Part shown: one piece after another, positions 46,848-59,527 of the stretch | Position numbering within the stretch: the first letter of the stretch is position 1 | Layout: each line of letters starts with the position of its first letter | Program-made: the position numbers and the translations under genes | The notes under the pieces: model-generated | What the model saw: only the letters and a program-made list of their open reading frames with translations | What the model was told of the DNA's origin: nothing | The model's database searches: none | Assembly: GCF_052425735.1 (NCBI RefSeq) | Contig: NC_135761.1 | Coordinates: forward strand, 63,178,001 to 63,241,592 | Direction of reading: 5' to 3' | Length of the DNA stretch: 63,592 nucleotides | Source of the DNA: Oculina patagonica | Taxonomy: Eukaryota

Positions 46848-48026
46848 TTACTCTTCAGGTAAATATTTGTACCACAAAATTTTTCCGCTGTCCTCTACAA
46901 ATCGGCAGTAGCTGTCCGTGTTCCATAAAGCTTTCCACACTGGTGTATTATCATAATTGTAGTAAGCTCCAAGTATCGGTTTAATCGCTTCAGTGGCCTC
47001 GGCAATGTGATAGTGAGGCATGTACGAGAACAGATGGTGTGCCACGTGACAATCTGTAAGGTGATGGAAGACATAGTTGAGTATACCATAATCCCGATCG
47101 ACAGTGCACAGGGCCCCCTTAAGCCAGGTCCATTCCTCGTCAGAATAGTGCGGCACTCTGATATCTGAGTGTTGGAGGTATGTGACAATCACGAGCCACA
47201 TATTGACGTTGAGTAAAGGAATCACGTACAGGCACACCAACCATCCGAGCGAGTAGACATGGGCGCTGAGATAGTACAGGACACCAATCCAGACCAGCGT
47301 TGCAACATCGCTTAAAATCACATCCCAGAAATCATTGGGTGAGAAAATCGGAGCGTACGGGTTGAAATGATTCGGCCGCATGCGGTGTTCCTTATAAGGC
47401 CTGCCTCGAGCGTTGATAAGCAGATATCCTGGCCAACCGATTGATAAGTATTTAACGAGGTGAACAAGTCTGAAGAAAATATTGGGAAATTCTAAATCGT
47501 TTTCCGACTTGAGAAGGCTTCTAGTGTTTGGGACAAAAGCTTGATCGCCTTCCATCCGATTCGTATTTCGATGGTGTTTGGCGTGAGTAATTTGCCATGA
47601 ATGATAAGGCACAAACAGCGAAGTGTGCAAAACTAAGCCGACGATATCGCAGATGCGCTTGCTGTCACAGAAAGAGTAGTGACCACATTCATGTGCAACT
47701 ATCCACACGCTGAACCCAACGCAGCCTTGGCAAATCCAATACACGGGCCAGAAAACAGCGTGCACGTAAAGCGGCAGTGACGCGTTAAACACCCAAAACG
47801 CGGCAGCGTACAACAGAGCAACGCCGACCAAATCCAACAGCAAATACGAGGTAGATTTGAGAAGAGACCGTTCGAAGCAGTGCGGTGGAACAGCATCTTT
47901 TAAATCCTTTAACGTAAAAGGAGGATTTTCCGTTGGCATCCTGGAACCGGTGATGTTGGTAGCCGGTTCATTGCTTTCGGCTGGCGGTAAATCGGTAATG
48001 GTACGTTTTCTAGTTGAATTTTCCAT
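46848..48026 (-). CDS. Methyl-end (Delta12 / omega-3, FAD2-like) fatty acid desaturase, 392 aa, intronless CDS
   Basis: Uninterrupted ORF with three His boxes (HECGH, HAKHH, HVAHH), the FAD2-like N-terminal PPFTLKDLKDAVPPHCFERS, LQH...EWTWLKGAL.TVDRDYG and hydrophobic segments; no fused cytochrome b5. Confidence 0.96.
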   Translation of the reverse strand: MENSTRKRTITDLPPAESNEPATNITGSRMPTENPPFTLKDLKDAVPPHCFERSLLKSTSYLLLDLVGVALLYAAAFWVFNASLPLYVHAVFWPVYWICQGCVGFSVWIVAHECGHYSFCDSKRICDIVGLVLHTSLFVPYHSWQITHAKHHRNTNRMEGDQAFVPNTRSLLKSENDLEFPNIFFRLVHLVKYLSIGWPGYLLINARGRPYKEHRMRPNHFNPYAPIFSPNDFWDVILSDVATLVWIGVLYYLSAHVYSLGWLVCLYVIPLLNVNMWLVIVTYLQHSDIRVPHYSDEEWTWLKGALCTVDRDYGILNYVFHHLTDCHVAHHLFSYMPHYHIAEATEAIKPILGAYYNYDNTPVWKALWNTDSYCRFVEDSGKILWYKYLPEE

Positions 48027-50699
48027 CTTTGCGCCTGAAAGTAAGTCACTGAATTTAAAATATACCCAGAATGGAACAATTCAGGCAACTCGCTTATTAA
48101 TGAGCGTAAGTCAAAAAAAGGCTCGATTCTCTGATTGATTGTTGTGCATGTTTGTTCGTGGCGCGTGGTATGTTTTCTCATATGAACGAATGAACGACGC
48201 GTACACCTTCAAACGAGAGTTAATAACCTGAATTATTCACTGCGCACCTGTTTTGGAATTAATAAATAAATCAGTGTAAATGGCGGGTGGTTATTTCGCT
48301 TCAACCGCAATATAAAGCGCGAAAATCACTCGCGCTTATGAGATTATATTTTCGGCAATGGCTTGAATTCGACACAAACATACCCAAGTGTTTCAATTTA
48401 TTAAAACCTGACGAGCAATTCAAAACAGAACAATTGCTGAGGTCATAGCAACGACAAGCAGTAAATGACTGCATTAATCGGTTTGTATTTAATAATTACT
48501 TACCGATTTCCCTTCAAAGAAAAGGAATTTCTCCATAGCATTGTTATGGGGCGGGCATCAAATAGTCTTTCCGTATTTCGGTTGCTTAGAAACGATAGTG
48601 ACGTCTTATGTTTCCCGCGCGCGGGAACCTGTCACCAGCGGGCTTTAGCTCGTGCGAACAATTCATTTGACCTTCGCTGAGAAGTCCAGCTAGCCACAAA
48701 GTTTTCGACAACGCAAATTAATCACCCCTCGAAGCAATTAACTTTCTTTCGCTATTGTATGTTTGAAAGAAAGGACCTAAATTATTCCTGAGGCGGTTTC
48801 GTTTGCGGTTTCACAGTTTTCTTCTAACAAATCGTTTCGTTTAATTTTCAACAGATAATTCACGTTTTCTAACTTTGTAATCGGCTCGTATTATAGTCTT
48901 AGTTTAAAATCATGTCAGACTTTAATTGCAAGTACATCAGATAACCTTCTTACATGACAATGTACGAAGAGAATTGACGCTCGCTCAGTTTAAATAAATG
49001 ATGAAGGGTAATATTACAGAATAAAGAATATTAAAAGCGAACTGAAGAATATTTTCAAAATAAAAAATAATTAGAACATCATATTTTAAATTCTTCTGCG
49101 TAAAAGGGGAATTGTCGAAATTTCCAGGCTAGTTTTCGTTTCTTTATCTTATAAAGTAAATCCTCGCCTTGTTAAGTTTTCAAAATCTGTATCCGCCCTA
49201 ATTCATTAAAATAAGTTGTCATTTAGCAATATACACATCTAAACCAGTAAAACACGCTCCTAGTTTGTTATGTCTTATAGATTTATCAAACCAAACATTT
49301 TCATATAAGCGGAAATTCGCTTTTGATAGGTATTTCGCTAGATAAAGCTAAAGGTATTCGCTAAATAAAGTTTGAATTGATTTGATTTGATTCTTTTGTG
49401 TTTGCTTGTTTGTTGGTTTAATTTGTTTATTTGTTTGTGTTGCTTCAAACATATAGAATTTTGCCTGACTTGTTTGCAATTTTGTACAAAAAATTGGGAA
49501 GCCAGCTGGTCACTAAACACCGAAGGCTCACTGCGTACTCCGAAGTTTCGATAAAAGGCAATTTTTCTCTTAATTTCCAGCTGACCTTGGCTTCCTTTGT
49601 TTTTATGTCGCTTGTTCTCTAGTAAAATTGCTTTATTTAAAAATTTCTCTACTTTCATTTGTATCCAGCAAAACTCTTGCGAAAGAATAATAATAAAAAA
49701 ATTGAAACCGTTTAGTAATAGCAAAGATTGCAAACTTCAAGATTAATAGTAATATTTGAAAAGCAATTTTTGTACACTTTTTTCCCAAAATAATTATTAT
49801 AATCAAATATAAAAGTTTTGCTAATATAAAGTGATTCGGAAACGTAATATAAGAATATTTCAAATTTTATCTTTCAAGTTTCTCTATTTTCCAGGCCGTT
49901 TTACAAATTTACAAATTCTACACTCGCTTTGAGTTACAAAGGCGCGCTTTGAGGCGCGCTTGGCGTTACAAAGTTTACCGGCGAGAGCCCAGCGGTCGAC
50001 GCATTTTTTTAATTAGCTTGTGTTCAAACTGAAAGAAAGCCGTCTTCCCTCCCACTGCGTTTTCAGGTGACTGAACTTTCAATATTCGCTAACAAAGTTT
50101 AAATTAAAATATACTATTGGTCAAGTCTGTTTGACCTTGGTTACTCATACATAACAAAGCCAAAAGACAAAAAGGGTTGAACAAATTTATGGCAGGGTTT
50201 TATTTCAGAAGCACAATTACTAAAGCACATAAAAGTTTATTTATGTTTATAAAGACAATGGCCGATCTGTTTACCAGCTGAAAAAGAATATTCGAGAATC
50301 GGATAACGCTTGAGATTAATCGTGAAGTTTACAACATTAGAAGGCTTTGTTATAACATTGTAGCCTCTTGCAGGCAACCGAACGCATTGAACAGGCTTTA
50401 TATATTACAATCCAGAGCCATCTGAAAGAAGGCAACAGAAAGAAGGAAGGCTAGCTATTAAGATGGTCTTCTATCTCTCCCCTCCCCCCCCCCCCCTTAA
50501 AAAATATACTTTTTTATTTATTTTTTATGTGGTGCAAGTATTTTTTGGAAAAATGTCGAAAATTAAGTCAACCATTTTCCGTAAGCCACCTGTTAGTTTC
50601 GATTGTTAACACCAACCAAGGTTCACTCGAGCTCATTACTAAATAAAACTTATAGTAAACCGGTAAAACGAAGTCTTGGCCACGAATTAAATAACTACA

Positions 50700-50942
50700 T
50701 AGGAAGCCACATCAGCTCTTGCTGATTTTCATGCGGGTCCTCTATCCAGGTCGACTGATTGGAATTTGGAAATGTTGGTTTTTCAGGAGGGAGGAAAATC
50801 GGAGAACCCGGAGAAAAACCATCGGAGCAAGGACGAGAACCAAAAAAACCTCAACCGGTCAACCCACATATGACGCCGGGTCTGCAGGAATCGAACACGA
50901 GCCACATTGGTGAGAGGCGTGCGCTCTCAACACTGCGCCAGC
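50700..50942 (-). mobile_element. tRNA-derived SINE (second family), minus strand
   Basis: Reverse complement starts tggcgcagtgttgagagc (A box) ... gtgttcgattcc (B box); body ggaggaaaatcggagaacccggagaaaaacc resembles the conserved V-SINE-type central domain. Confidence 0.7.
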
Positions 50943-51179
50943 ACGGTCTGCTCCCCAGACAATCAGAACCCAACGTCTTACGCCTTTATAGTATTTGTAG
51001 AGACACACCAATATTGCAGAGGTCGTGGGTTCGAAACCCTTCGGAGTCTTAAATATTTTTTAGGCTAACAAAAGCAATTCCACTATAAAGTAATATATTA
51101 ATTTAATACACGACCCCACAAGCATTCAGTGCTTAAATCACCTTTAGCCGTCGTGTTTAGGGAATGAACCCAGGTGGGA

Positions 51180-51214
51180 GATGATGATGATGATGATGAT
51201 GATCAGAATTGACT

Positions 51215-51247
<33 letters not shown>
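51180..51247. repeat. (GAT)n microsatellite, interrupted
   Basis: Direct reading of the sequence. Confidence 0.9.
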
Positions 51248-53760
51248 CAGGGGCGTAGCCAGCTTTTTAAGGCGGAAAGGAAGAGTTGTAGGTCCTGGCC
51301 AACCCGCTTAAATTTGAAGGGCTGGGGGTTGTGGGGTCCGCGAAAACGGGCTTTTTGAAGCGTCTCCGAGACTTGAGACGCTAGTGAAAGTTACCCTCAT
51401 CCATCCTTACTTTTTTGGTCGCTTTGTATGTATTTCAGGACAAGCCTATTACCTGAATTCTTAACATTTCATTTTCTATTTCACCTTTAAAGTGCATTAC
51501 CTTAAAGTTTGTGTCTATATGTACATTAAAAATACGAGTTGGCTTGCACAAAATTTGTAGGTAATCAAATTGCACGACTCAACTTATCTCCGGGCCTACG
51601 GGTTCTATTAGGCTAGCGGACGCCCTCTGGATGATGACTATTCCGGAATGGGAGGAACACTCGGAACAGACGGTGATCGCCTTCTTTTGGGACCTATTCC
51701 GTTTTCGGAATGAACGGAATACTATTCCGTTCATTCTGCCCCCGATAGCAGAATAAACGGAATGGACGGAAAACGGTTTACTCGGAATAAGCAGAATATG
51801 CGTTCTTTTGGAGGTAGTAGTTTTGGCGGGAAGTGATACGCGGCCGGCCACCCCAGGTCGTTCGCAACTCGCGCGTGCTCAGATACAATAGTTCTCAGGT
51901 CACCTCCGCCACCAGTATTCCGTTGTCAGAATACATGCCTTCTTTTGGGAATTGATATTCCGTGTATTCTGTTATTCATAAACCGGAATGAGAACACATG
52001 TAGTCAGAATAGTCCCTTAAGAATGCGACCTAAGATTAAGCCTTGCTAAAAGTAGATTGTACTGCAAGACTATTGCTCCTTTAATCACAAAGTTGCCTCC
52101 AGAATATTACCAGGTTGTTTCAATATTTTGCTGGTACCCATTTGAGGGCGGAGATAGAAACTGGGACTGAAACAGCGTTGACAAAGAACAAAATATTAAC
52201 ATAAAGAAAAAGATCAAGTCCTGGATTTCCAGTCCGACCAAACAGCTATCATGTCGTCCAGCCTTCTACCAATCTCTCCTTGAGGAAAATACGACCATGC
52301 TATATCACACCGTTATATACTCTCGTTAACATGGTGAGTTTGTTTTCATCTGTGGCGTTTCAGGTTTATTCTAAGCAATTGTCCGAGAAGCATGTGGTTT
52401 GACTCAGTTCGTGAATCACTTCAATAAGCGGGCTTTGTTTTCTGTGTCTGTGGCCGCCAATTATAATAATGTCAAAAGATCATCGTCAATTTAAATTCCT
52501 CCTAATTAAGCAATAGCTGCCCTAAAAACCTTAAAAAGAAGAAAAAGGGAGTTTTTAACTCATTTTGTTTTCCCGGCCTTATCCTCAATAAAAACAGCCT
52601 TTAATTCCTAATTCATTGGAAATAAATACTCCTTAACCCTCCATCTTGAATAACCAAATTTTATAATACAAAAACTAATGAGATCATCGTTGTAAAGATT
52701 CCCCCAGGGACACTTGCAAACAACATTTTGTGATCAAGAAAGAATCTGATATTCTTTCTCAGATTCACTGACTCGGTTAGAAATATATACACCGAGTCAC
52801 TTTCTAGATCAGCTTAGGCTACGAAAAAGGTTTTCTTAAAAGGAAAAAAGTAGATATCCGCGGTAGAATAAAACCCATTTGTGGATCGATATTCCTCCAT
52901 TTTGAATTTCGACTGCATGAGCCTTACAAATTGCTAGGCGCGCGGTTCTCGACGTCTGTTAATAACGAATGTTACCCATTATATATAACACTTTTTATTT
53001 GACCCCAACACACTTTAAACAAACAGCTCTTAACAGGGTTGGTTGCCGAGGAAACAAAAGCTCAAGTTACCATGTGACAGGGTTGGTTGAGGCATCAATA
53101 TGCATGAGAGAACTTTGAAAGCGTCACCGTGAAGTCACCGGTATCGTGTGATGAATTTAACATGAACTTAGCAAAGCGGGAAAAGAAGGAAGACTATTCA
53201 ATTTGTGGTAGGAGTGTTCGAAAAGCAACCTTGGTTTTCCTTAGGGTAAAAGAACTATAATTTTCTTTCCAGTAATTTTTTTGAGAGTAATTTGGGCGAT
53301 GCTGCTATTAATCCGGTGTTAGAAATTTGGGACATTTGAAATACGCTGTGTGAATGGGTAAGTGATTCCCGTCTCCTACGAAAATTTTATATCTACTCTA
53401 TAGTATCGTCCATTTGTTTTCTTCAGTCAAGCACTTCTTAAGATTCAGCGAGGTTTTGTGGTAATAGCGAAGGTTTTAGATTGGGATAAAAAATTTCTAT
53501 TGAAATGTGATTCACACTATATACGAAATTCGTCTTATCTCTTCTCGCTTTTCCTTTACGTTGAGTTATTTTTTAGAGACTGTCATTTGATTTTCTTTCA
53601 TTTAAACACCGTTAGCTGTAAGTTAATTATCGTTAACTATAGTTAAATAAAAAGTTTCATTTGGTTGTACTCGAATATGTCCCGCGCTAATATATGCCAG
53701 TGATCTTTTGACTCGGCGCTTAATCTTGTTTCCTTTATTCCCACTGCAGGTAATTTGAAG

Positions 53761-56700
53761 ATGTCTTCCTCGCCTTGTGTTATTCTTGCTTTTTTATCCA
53801 TATTTGTCGCTTGCCGAGCTGAAGTTGACTTTGACAAAGGTAAAATCACATACCAGTATCTAAAATTTTGAAATTTAACTACAAAGAGACAGAAAAAGAC
53901 AAGACAAATATCAACAAATGTCGACACATCAACAAATCCAAGCAATGCCATCAAACGTTTTATAAGAGTTATATTTTAGCTTATTTTCTATTTTCTCGTC
54001 AGTAACCTCTTGTAGTAATAATTTATCTTGTTGGACGGTGGTTGTCTGAGATGTGTCTTACAGCGATGAAAATAACGGAGGGATAACTGGGAATCCTACT
54101 GAGCTATAAACATAATTTTCGAACACTTCTGGCCAAAAGCCTATTTATATTGGGTTTAACTTTGTAGAGATTCTAACCAAGAATTACCTGAACGTAATTT
54201 ATATTTTTAGCGGTTTCCCCAGCTTGATTAGAAACCACAATTTCACAAGAACTAACCTTTCTCCTACGTTTGGCCTACAGGTCTGACTTCCAAATGAGAA
54301 TTACAGCTGATATTTCGTTTCTTAGGGTTTTATTTTAATCAGCAGGGGAATCTTTTAAGAAAATACTGCTCTAATTGTTCAAAGCAATGATACACGATTT
54401 CAAAACCTTCATGTGAAGCCAAATTAAAGCTACTATTAAATCCAATATCGGTTTGTTCATGGCGCTTTCGCGGCTTTCAAACCTCCCGTCGTACAGTTTA
54501 TTTAACCCTAACAAGTATAATAATGTAGCACCTTGCAAGAGCAGAATGGTACCCGTATAACAGAAATTTAGGAAATGTGGGCAATTTTAAAACAAACCCT
54601 TAACCTAACAGTTAACGCAGTTGATCAACAATTGTCGTATTAATCTTTATATATCTTTGTTTTACTTCAACTAAATTATGTTATTCCTAATTGCCCGATG
54701 CGAATGGTCCAGTCTCAATTTTACGTGTTTGAAACCAAATGGAAGTTTCCTTGAAAATCAAATGACTTATTCAAAGAATTCCCTCCTCTAGGCGCGAAGA
54801 ACTGACGATTTCAACTGACAATGCAATAGTTAGTTTTCACCAGGTTAAAATTTGCAAGTTTTTTATTCTCGGTTATATTTTAATATAAAGACAAGATGAT
54901 CTTTTTTTGTTGTTTGGGAATTGCAACAAATGGAAGTCAATTGTTTGATTAGCACCAATATCTAAAGTAAAGTCCCTAACTCAAATGTCGATTTCAAGAT
55001 CATGATAATTAATTGATTCAGAAGTTTCTTGTCTTCTTTGATATAAACTCAAAGCCTATCAGACCTCTAGTGCGTTTGCTTTTCACGAGAGATTTAAATT
55101 GCCCCAATGGTCCCTCGCTTTTTGTTTGTTTAAAAGTTTTCGGCCATCTTTTGGTAAAGTTTAAGTTTCACTCCCCGGAGTGCATTTTCCCTTCTTAAAG
55201 ACTGTACTAAAGTCCAATACTTCTCTGATATTGAGCCAAAAACAAGGAAATTAAACAGGTGATGAAACTTCCTCAAAATGAATGAATCAATCAATTTATC
55301 ACTTATAACGCGGGATGAGGTTGCCATCCCTATCCGAGCCAGAGGCTCAAGTGTAAAGCGCATGACATACAGGTCCCCCTGGAGGACGTTTCTCTCTCAA
55401 CGCTACTTGCATTGACATTTTGGTCGTCAAAAGGACCGGTTCTGAGGGGGGAGTTCTAGCCCTACTTCCTGCGGGATCCCCCTTTATTCTGGTACCGGCC
55501 AGCCTGCTCAACCGGACGCCACTTAAATGTTCCCGCATCCTATTGTAATAACAATTTATTTTCTTTTTCACCTTTTGCGATATACCCAGATGACATTCCG
55601 TCAGCTGAGCGCCTCCTTCGAAAGATCGTTCCACTGGGTTCCATGCCCTCCATGCCGGACGGCTTCCCTTCCTTATCAGAGCTGAAGACAGACAAGTTTG
55701 ACTACAGCACCAACAAAGGTAAAGTCACAGTCACTGCAGACCTTGAGGACCCTGTCTACCTTCTAGGACAGGGAATGACACTTCATGACGTGCAAATGAC
55801 ATTCAAGTACAACAAGAACATACCTGGTGGAAGGTGGCGGTTTAACGCGGAAGGTGAGTTCATCATTGGAATGAGCTCTCTTAAATTAAATCTTTCACTG
55901 CATGACCACTATTTCCTTTGGTTTTGTTTTTGCTGGCCTCCTTAATTTAATCGTTAGGAACTGACTAGCCCAACAAGCTCTTATGAAACAGACTATTCGA
56001 TAAAACTGATCAGAAGCAAAACCTTATACCCAATCGTAACTTGGTGTAAGAGAGCGGCTCACTAGGTGAATTTATATGCTTAGCATCGCAACGAAAAAGA
56101 TCTAAAAACTAGGGAAGTGTGCTCGTTACAGAAATAGCTAAGTTTGCAAACGATCTTTAAAATTACCGCTACGAAACTGCGAAATGACTGTCAGCCGATA
56201 TTTCGGTCTTTTGGCAATGACGTTTTCATTGGCAATTGCCAATTGACAATTTGCATTGACAAATTCGACGGCAATGTTGACCATTCTCCTAATGCATCTG
56301 CTCTCATAATTATAGCCAGGAATCGTCAAATATCAGAGTCGGCTATCCCTGTCAGTCAAACGAGCGCGGTACCTCCAAAAGCTGTCCTTTTACGTCCATG
56401 CCATTTTCTCGCTCGTGACACGGTGTATACGTTTTTGCGTCGGTCGGGTTCAGTATTGTTCGTTGTTGTTTTCTTTTGATTTACGTTTTGCTATACAATC
56501 ATTAGGCCTAACCTGATTTCGTATTATTCTCTTTTCATTCTATCGCAGGAAAGTGGAGACAAAATAACATGACAGCAACAGTTAAAATCGAGGAATCAAA
56601 AATTGGTGATCATCATACCATGGTGGCAGCGGCGGACAGACTTAATGTCTACGACGTAGCATCTGGGCTATCAGAGAAGAAAAGCGTTGAAAATGCAGGG

Positions 56701-59496
56701 ATGAACGTTGACACTCTAAAAGAACTTACTCTCAAGGATGTTGAGATGTACTCGGTTTTCAAAGGGAAGGATGATTACGTTTTTATGATTTCTGGAGACC
56801 CACTTCTCGCTGACACGCATTCAACCGATTGCAAAGTGTTCATACGCAAAATGCCAGGAAAGAAAAGTGTGTTTTCTGTTTTACTGGAATTCGAGCATGA
56901 TTTACCTTCACGGGCCCTCTTAAGACTCGTCAGTGACGATCTGTTCAAAATCCCGTTTATCAATCACCTCATCGCAAAAACTCGAGTTTTCCGAAAGAAC
57001 AGGACAAATTTTGGCTTCGTTGCTTCTACGGGAGATGTAGACAAACTTCCACTCAGGTCCTTCGGTGAAGGCATTCTGGCAGACGAGTTACAATCGCACA
57101 TTTCCAAAGGCTTAACTCTCCTGCTACCGTTCCGCTTGGGAAGTGAGGACAAGAAGCCAGTGAAGGTCGCAGTGGTTGTTAACCCTCCGCTGGTTAAATT
57201 CGTCACCTCCCGTCACGAAGAAGTCAGCGTAGCACAGACCCTCAAAGCACTGTCACCAAGTTCTAGGATAAAAGTTCTACCACATGGTTTCCCAGAGCTA
57301 TCATCTGTGAACATTAATCACTTCAGTTACAATATCAACCAAGAAACCTTCACTGTCCATGCAAAAGTACCTGAGACCTTCGCCGTGATTCCTGGCCTCT
57401 TGAACGTGTCTGACACCGACGTAACCTTTCGTCATCGTGTTGGGGACGAGTTTAACACGTGGTCGTTTGAAGGTCATGGAGTCTCAGAACTCGGAGGGGC
57501 AAAAGCAAATATCTCTTTGAAAACGGAAGAAGAAACTAAAGTGGTATTCATCACAGGAAAGGCTGAGAAGATGTCGGTGAAATTGCTGGCTCAGCAATAT
57601 GGGCTGTCATTTATCCCTGATGCCGAGAGCGAAGCTATAGTCCAAAATAGTCAAATGAGTGACTTTGATTTCATCGAACCAAGGATCAAGTCAGCCACTT
57701 CAGAAAAACAGAAAAATCGTTACATCCACATCTCTGGTCTTGGAAACTTCCCAGGTGTCGACAAAACTACGGAAGCTGAAGCAGTTGTCTACGAAGACAA
57801 AGGAAAATTGAAAACCTCTGTTGGCTTCATTTTCCCGAAGATACCCATGCCATTCATTATTGAAGCATTGACCGGCTATGATGTGGACAGACTGAAAAAA
57901 CTATTAAAAAACAGTTTCAACACGTCTTTGGTGCTTTCTTTAGATGACGACGATTCTTTGTTCGAGAATCCAACACTAACGGGGCTTTCATTCGAGCGTG
58001 GTATTTCCATGGTCGGCTTGTTTCGAATGCCTGAGGACTGCCGACACGATAAAATGTGCAAATCAGCCAAAAGCATGCTTGAAAGTGACCAGTGGTACCG
58101 GATCCAGGGTCTCGTGAAACGCGATGGTTTTACTTTGGCCGGGATGGTAAACCGTAACTATGTCCTGGGCAATGGTCTTGTGCTCAGGGATAACATGTTA
58201 AAGTTTGCTCTTAATCAGGATGATTCTTCCTTTACTGTTGAAACTAAGTTAACCTTTCCTAAGGAGCCTCTTTCGTTCACGGGAAATATAAACTTTGACA
58301 ACGGAAGTGTAGAGCTGTCCATGAGGAGCGAAGACGCCGTTTATCGATCGTACAATGGAGGCTACCTGACATTTGACCAGCTTCTGCTGAACACTGAAAT
58401 AATGAATTCCATTCCGTTGCAAAAGCTTCCACTGTCAGGAAGAATGACACTAGGTAAAATAGGCAGTGGGCATGAGTTATCAGCTCCCTGCTCAATATCT
58501 TATCAAGCAATGCAGCCTGATCTCAGCCGTGTCGAGTCAAAGCTTTCTCAAGTCACCATGTATCACATTGTAGAAGCAATGGGTATCAACGCAACACTAC
58601 CCTTTCCCTTGGCATATGCCCCTTTCATTGGAGGATTGGAAGTACTGTACGATCCAGTCGTGCATGCCAAAACAAATTTCTCCATGAAGGGAAGACTCCA
58701 CATCTTCGATCGGCACTTTGACTGTGCTATAAGGATGAATGACTCAGAACACATTCGGCTTACAACCTCATACACTAAATCTCCTTTCGTGGTGTCCAAC
58801 GGCTTTATTGTAGTTCAAGAAAGTAAAGAAGTATCCAAAAGTGGCCCAAAACTCGATGTGGACATTGCTCCCTTTGATGTTAAGGTCAAGCTTGTTGGTT
58901 TCGCCAGGGTACTTGGTACAGGATCTCCAACAGAAATAAAGATTTCTGATGCTGGTACAGAATTTCCTGTGGAGGGAAATCTTTTTGACATTTCATCGTC
59001 TGGGCTATACATTTCATCACCTGAAATAATGGGAACTTCCGATTCATCCTCGTTCCAGGTAAGATGACTGTCGAAGGGGAGGCATTCAATTTGCATGCAG
59101 GATAGGGGGAATTCAATGATTAGAATCGAGAGTGATAAGGCTAATGGACGAAAACCATAGTTTTCGTCCATTTTCCCCTGGGCAAGTTCTTTTCTTCTTT
59201 CTGCGATCCACCGGTTACTCTTTATTTGCTGCTTGCTACCGGGATCTTTTACGGCGTTTTCATCACGCTGGTATAAACTTGAACTGTTTTCCCAAATGGT
59301 TCTTCTTTTGATCTGTTAATTTCGCAATTAAAAAAATTACAGCATAGTGCTATACCACTCTTATTCCTCCTTTTAAAGAATTGTCATCAGTTTTTTTGGC
59401 CTTTAATGAAAACAATTCATTCAGTGCAGTCAATTTTTTTAATCAATCCATTCATCAATCAACTTGTCATAAACTGGTCAGTTGACCAATCGATTC

Positions 59497-59527
<31 letters not shown>

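Noticed and set aside
46895-48181. Short ORFs overlapping the desaturase (and antisense ORFs within 56549-59058)
   Set aside because: Shadow frames of real coding sequence with no independent support.
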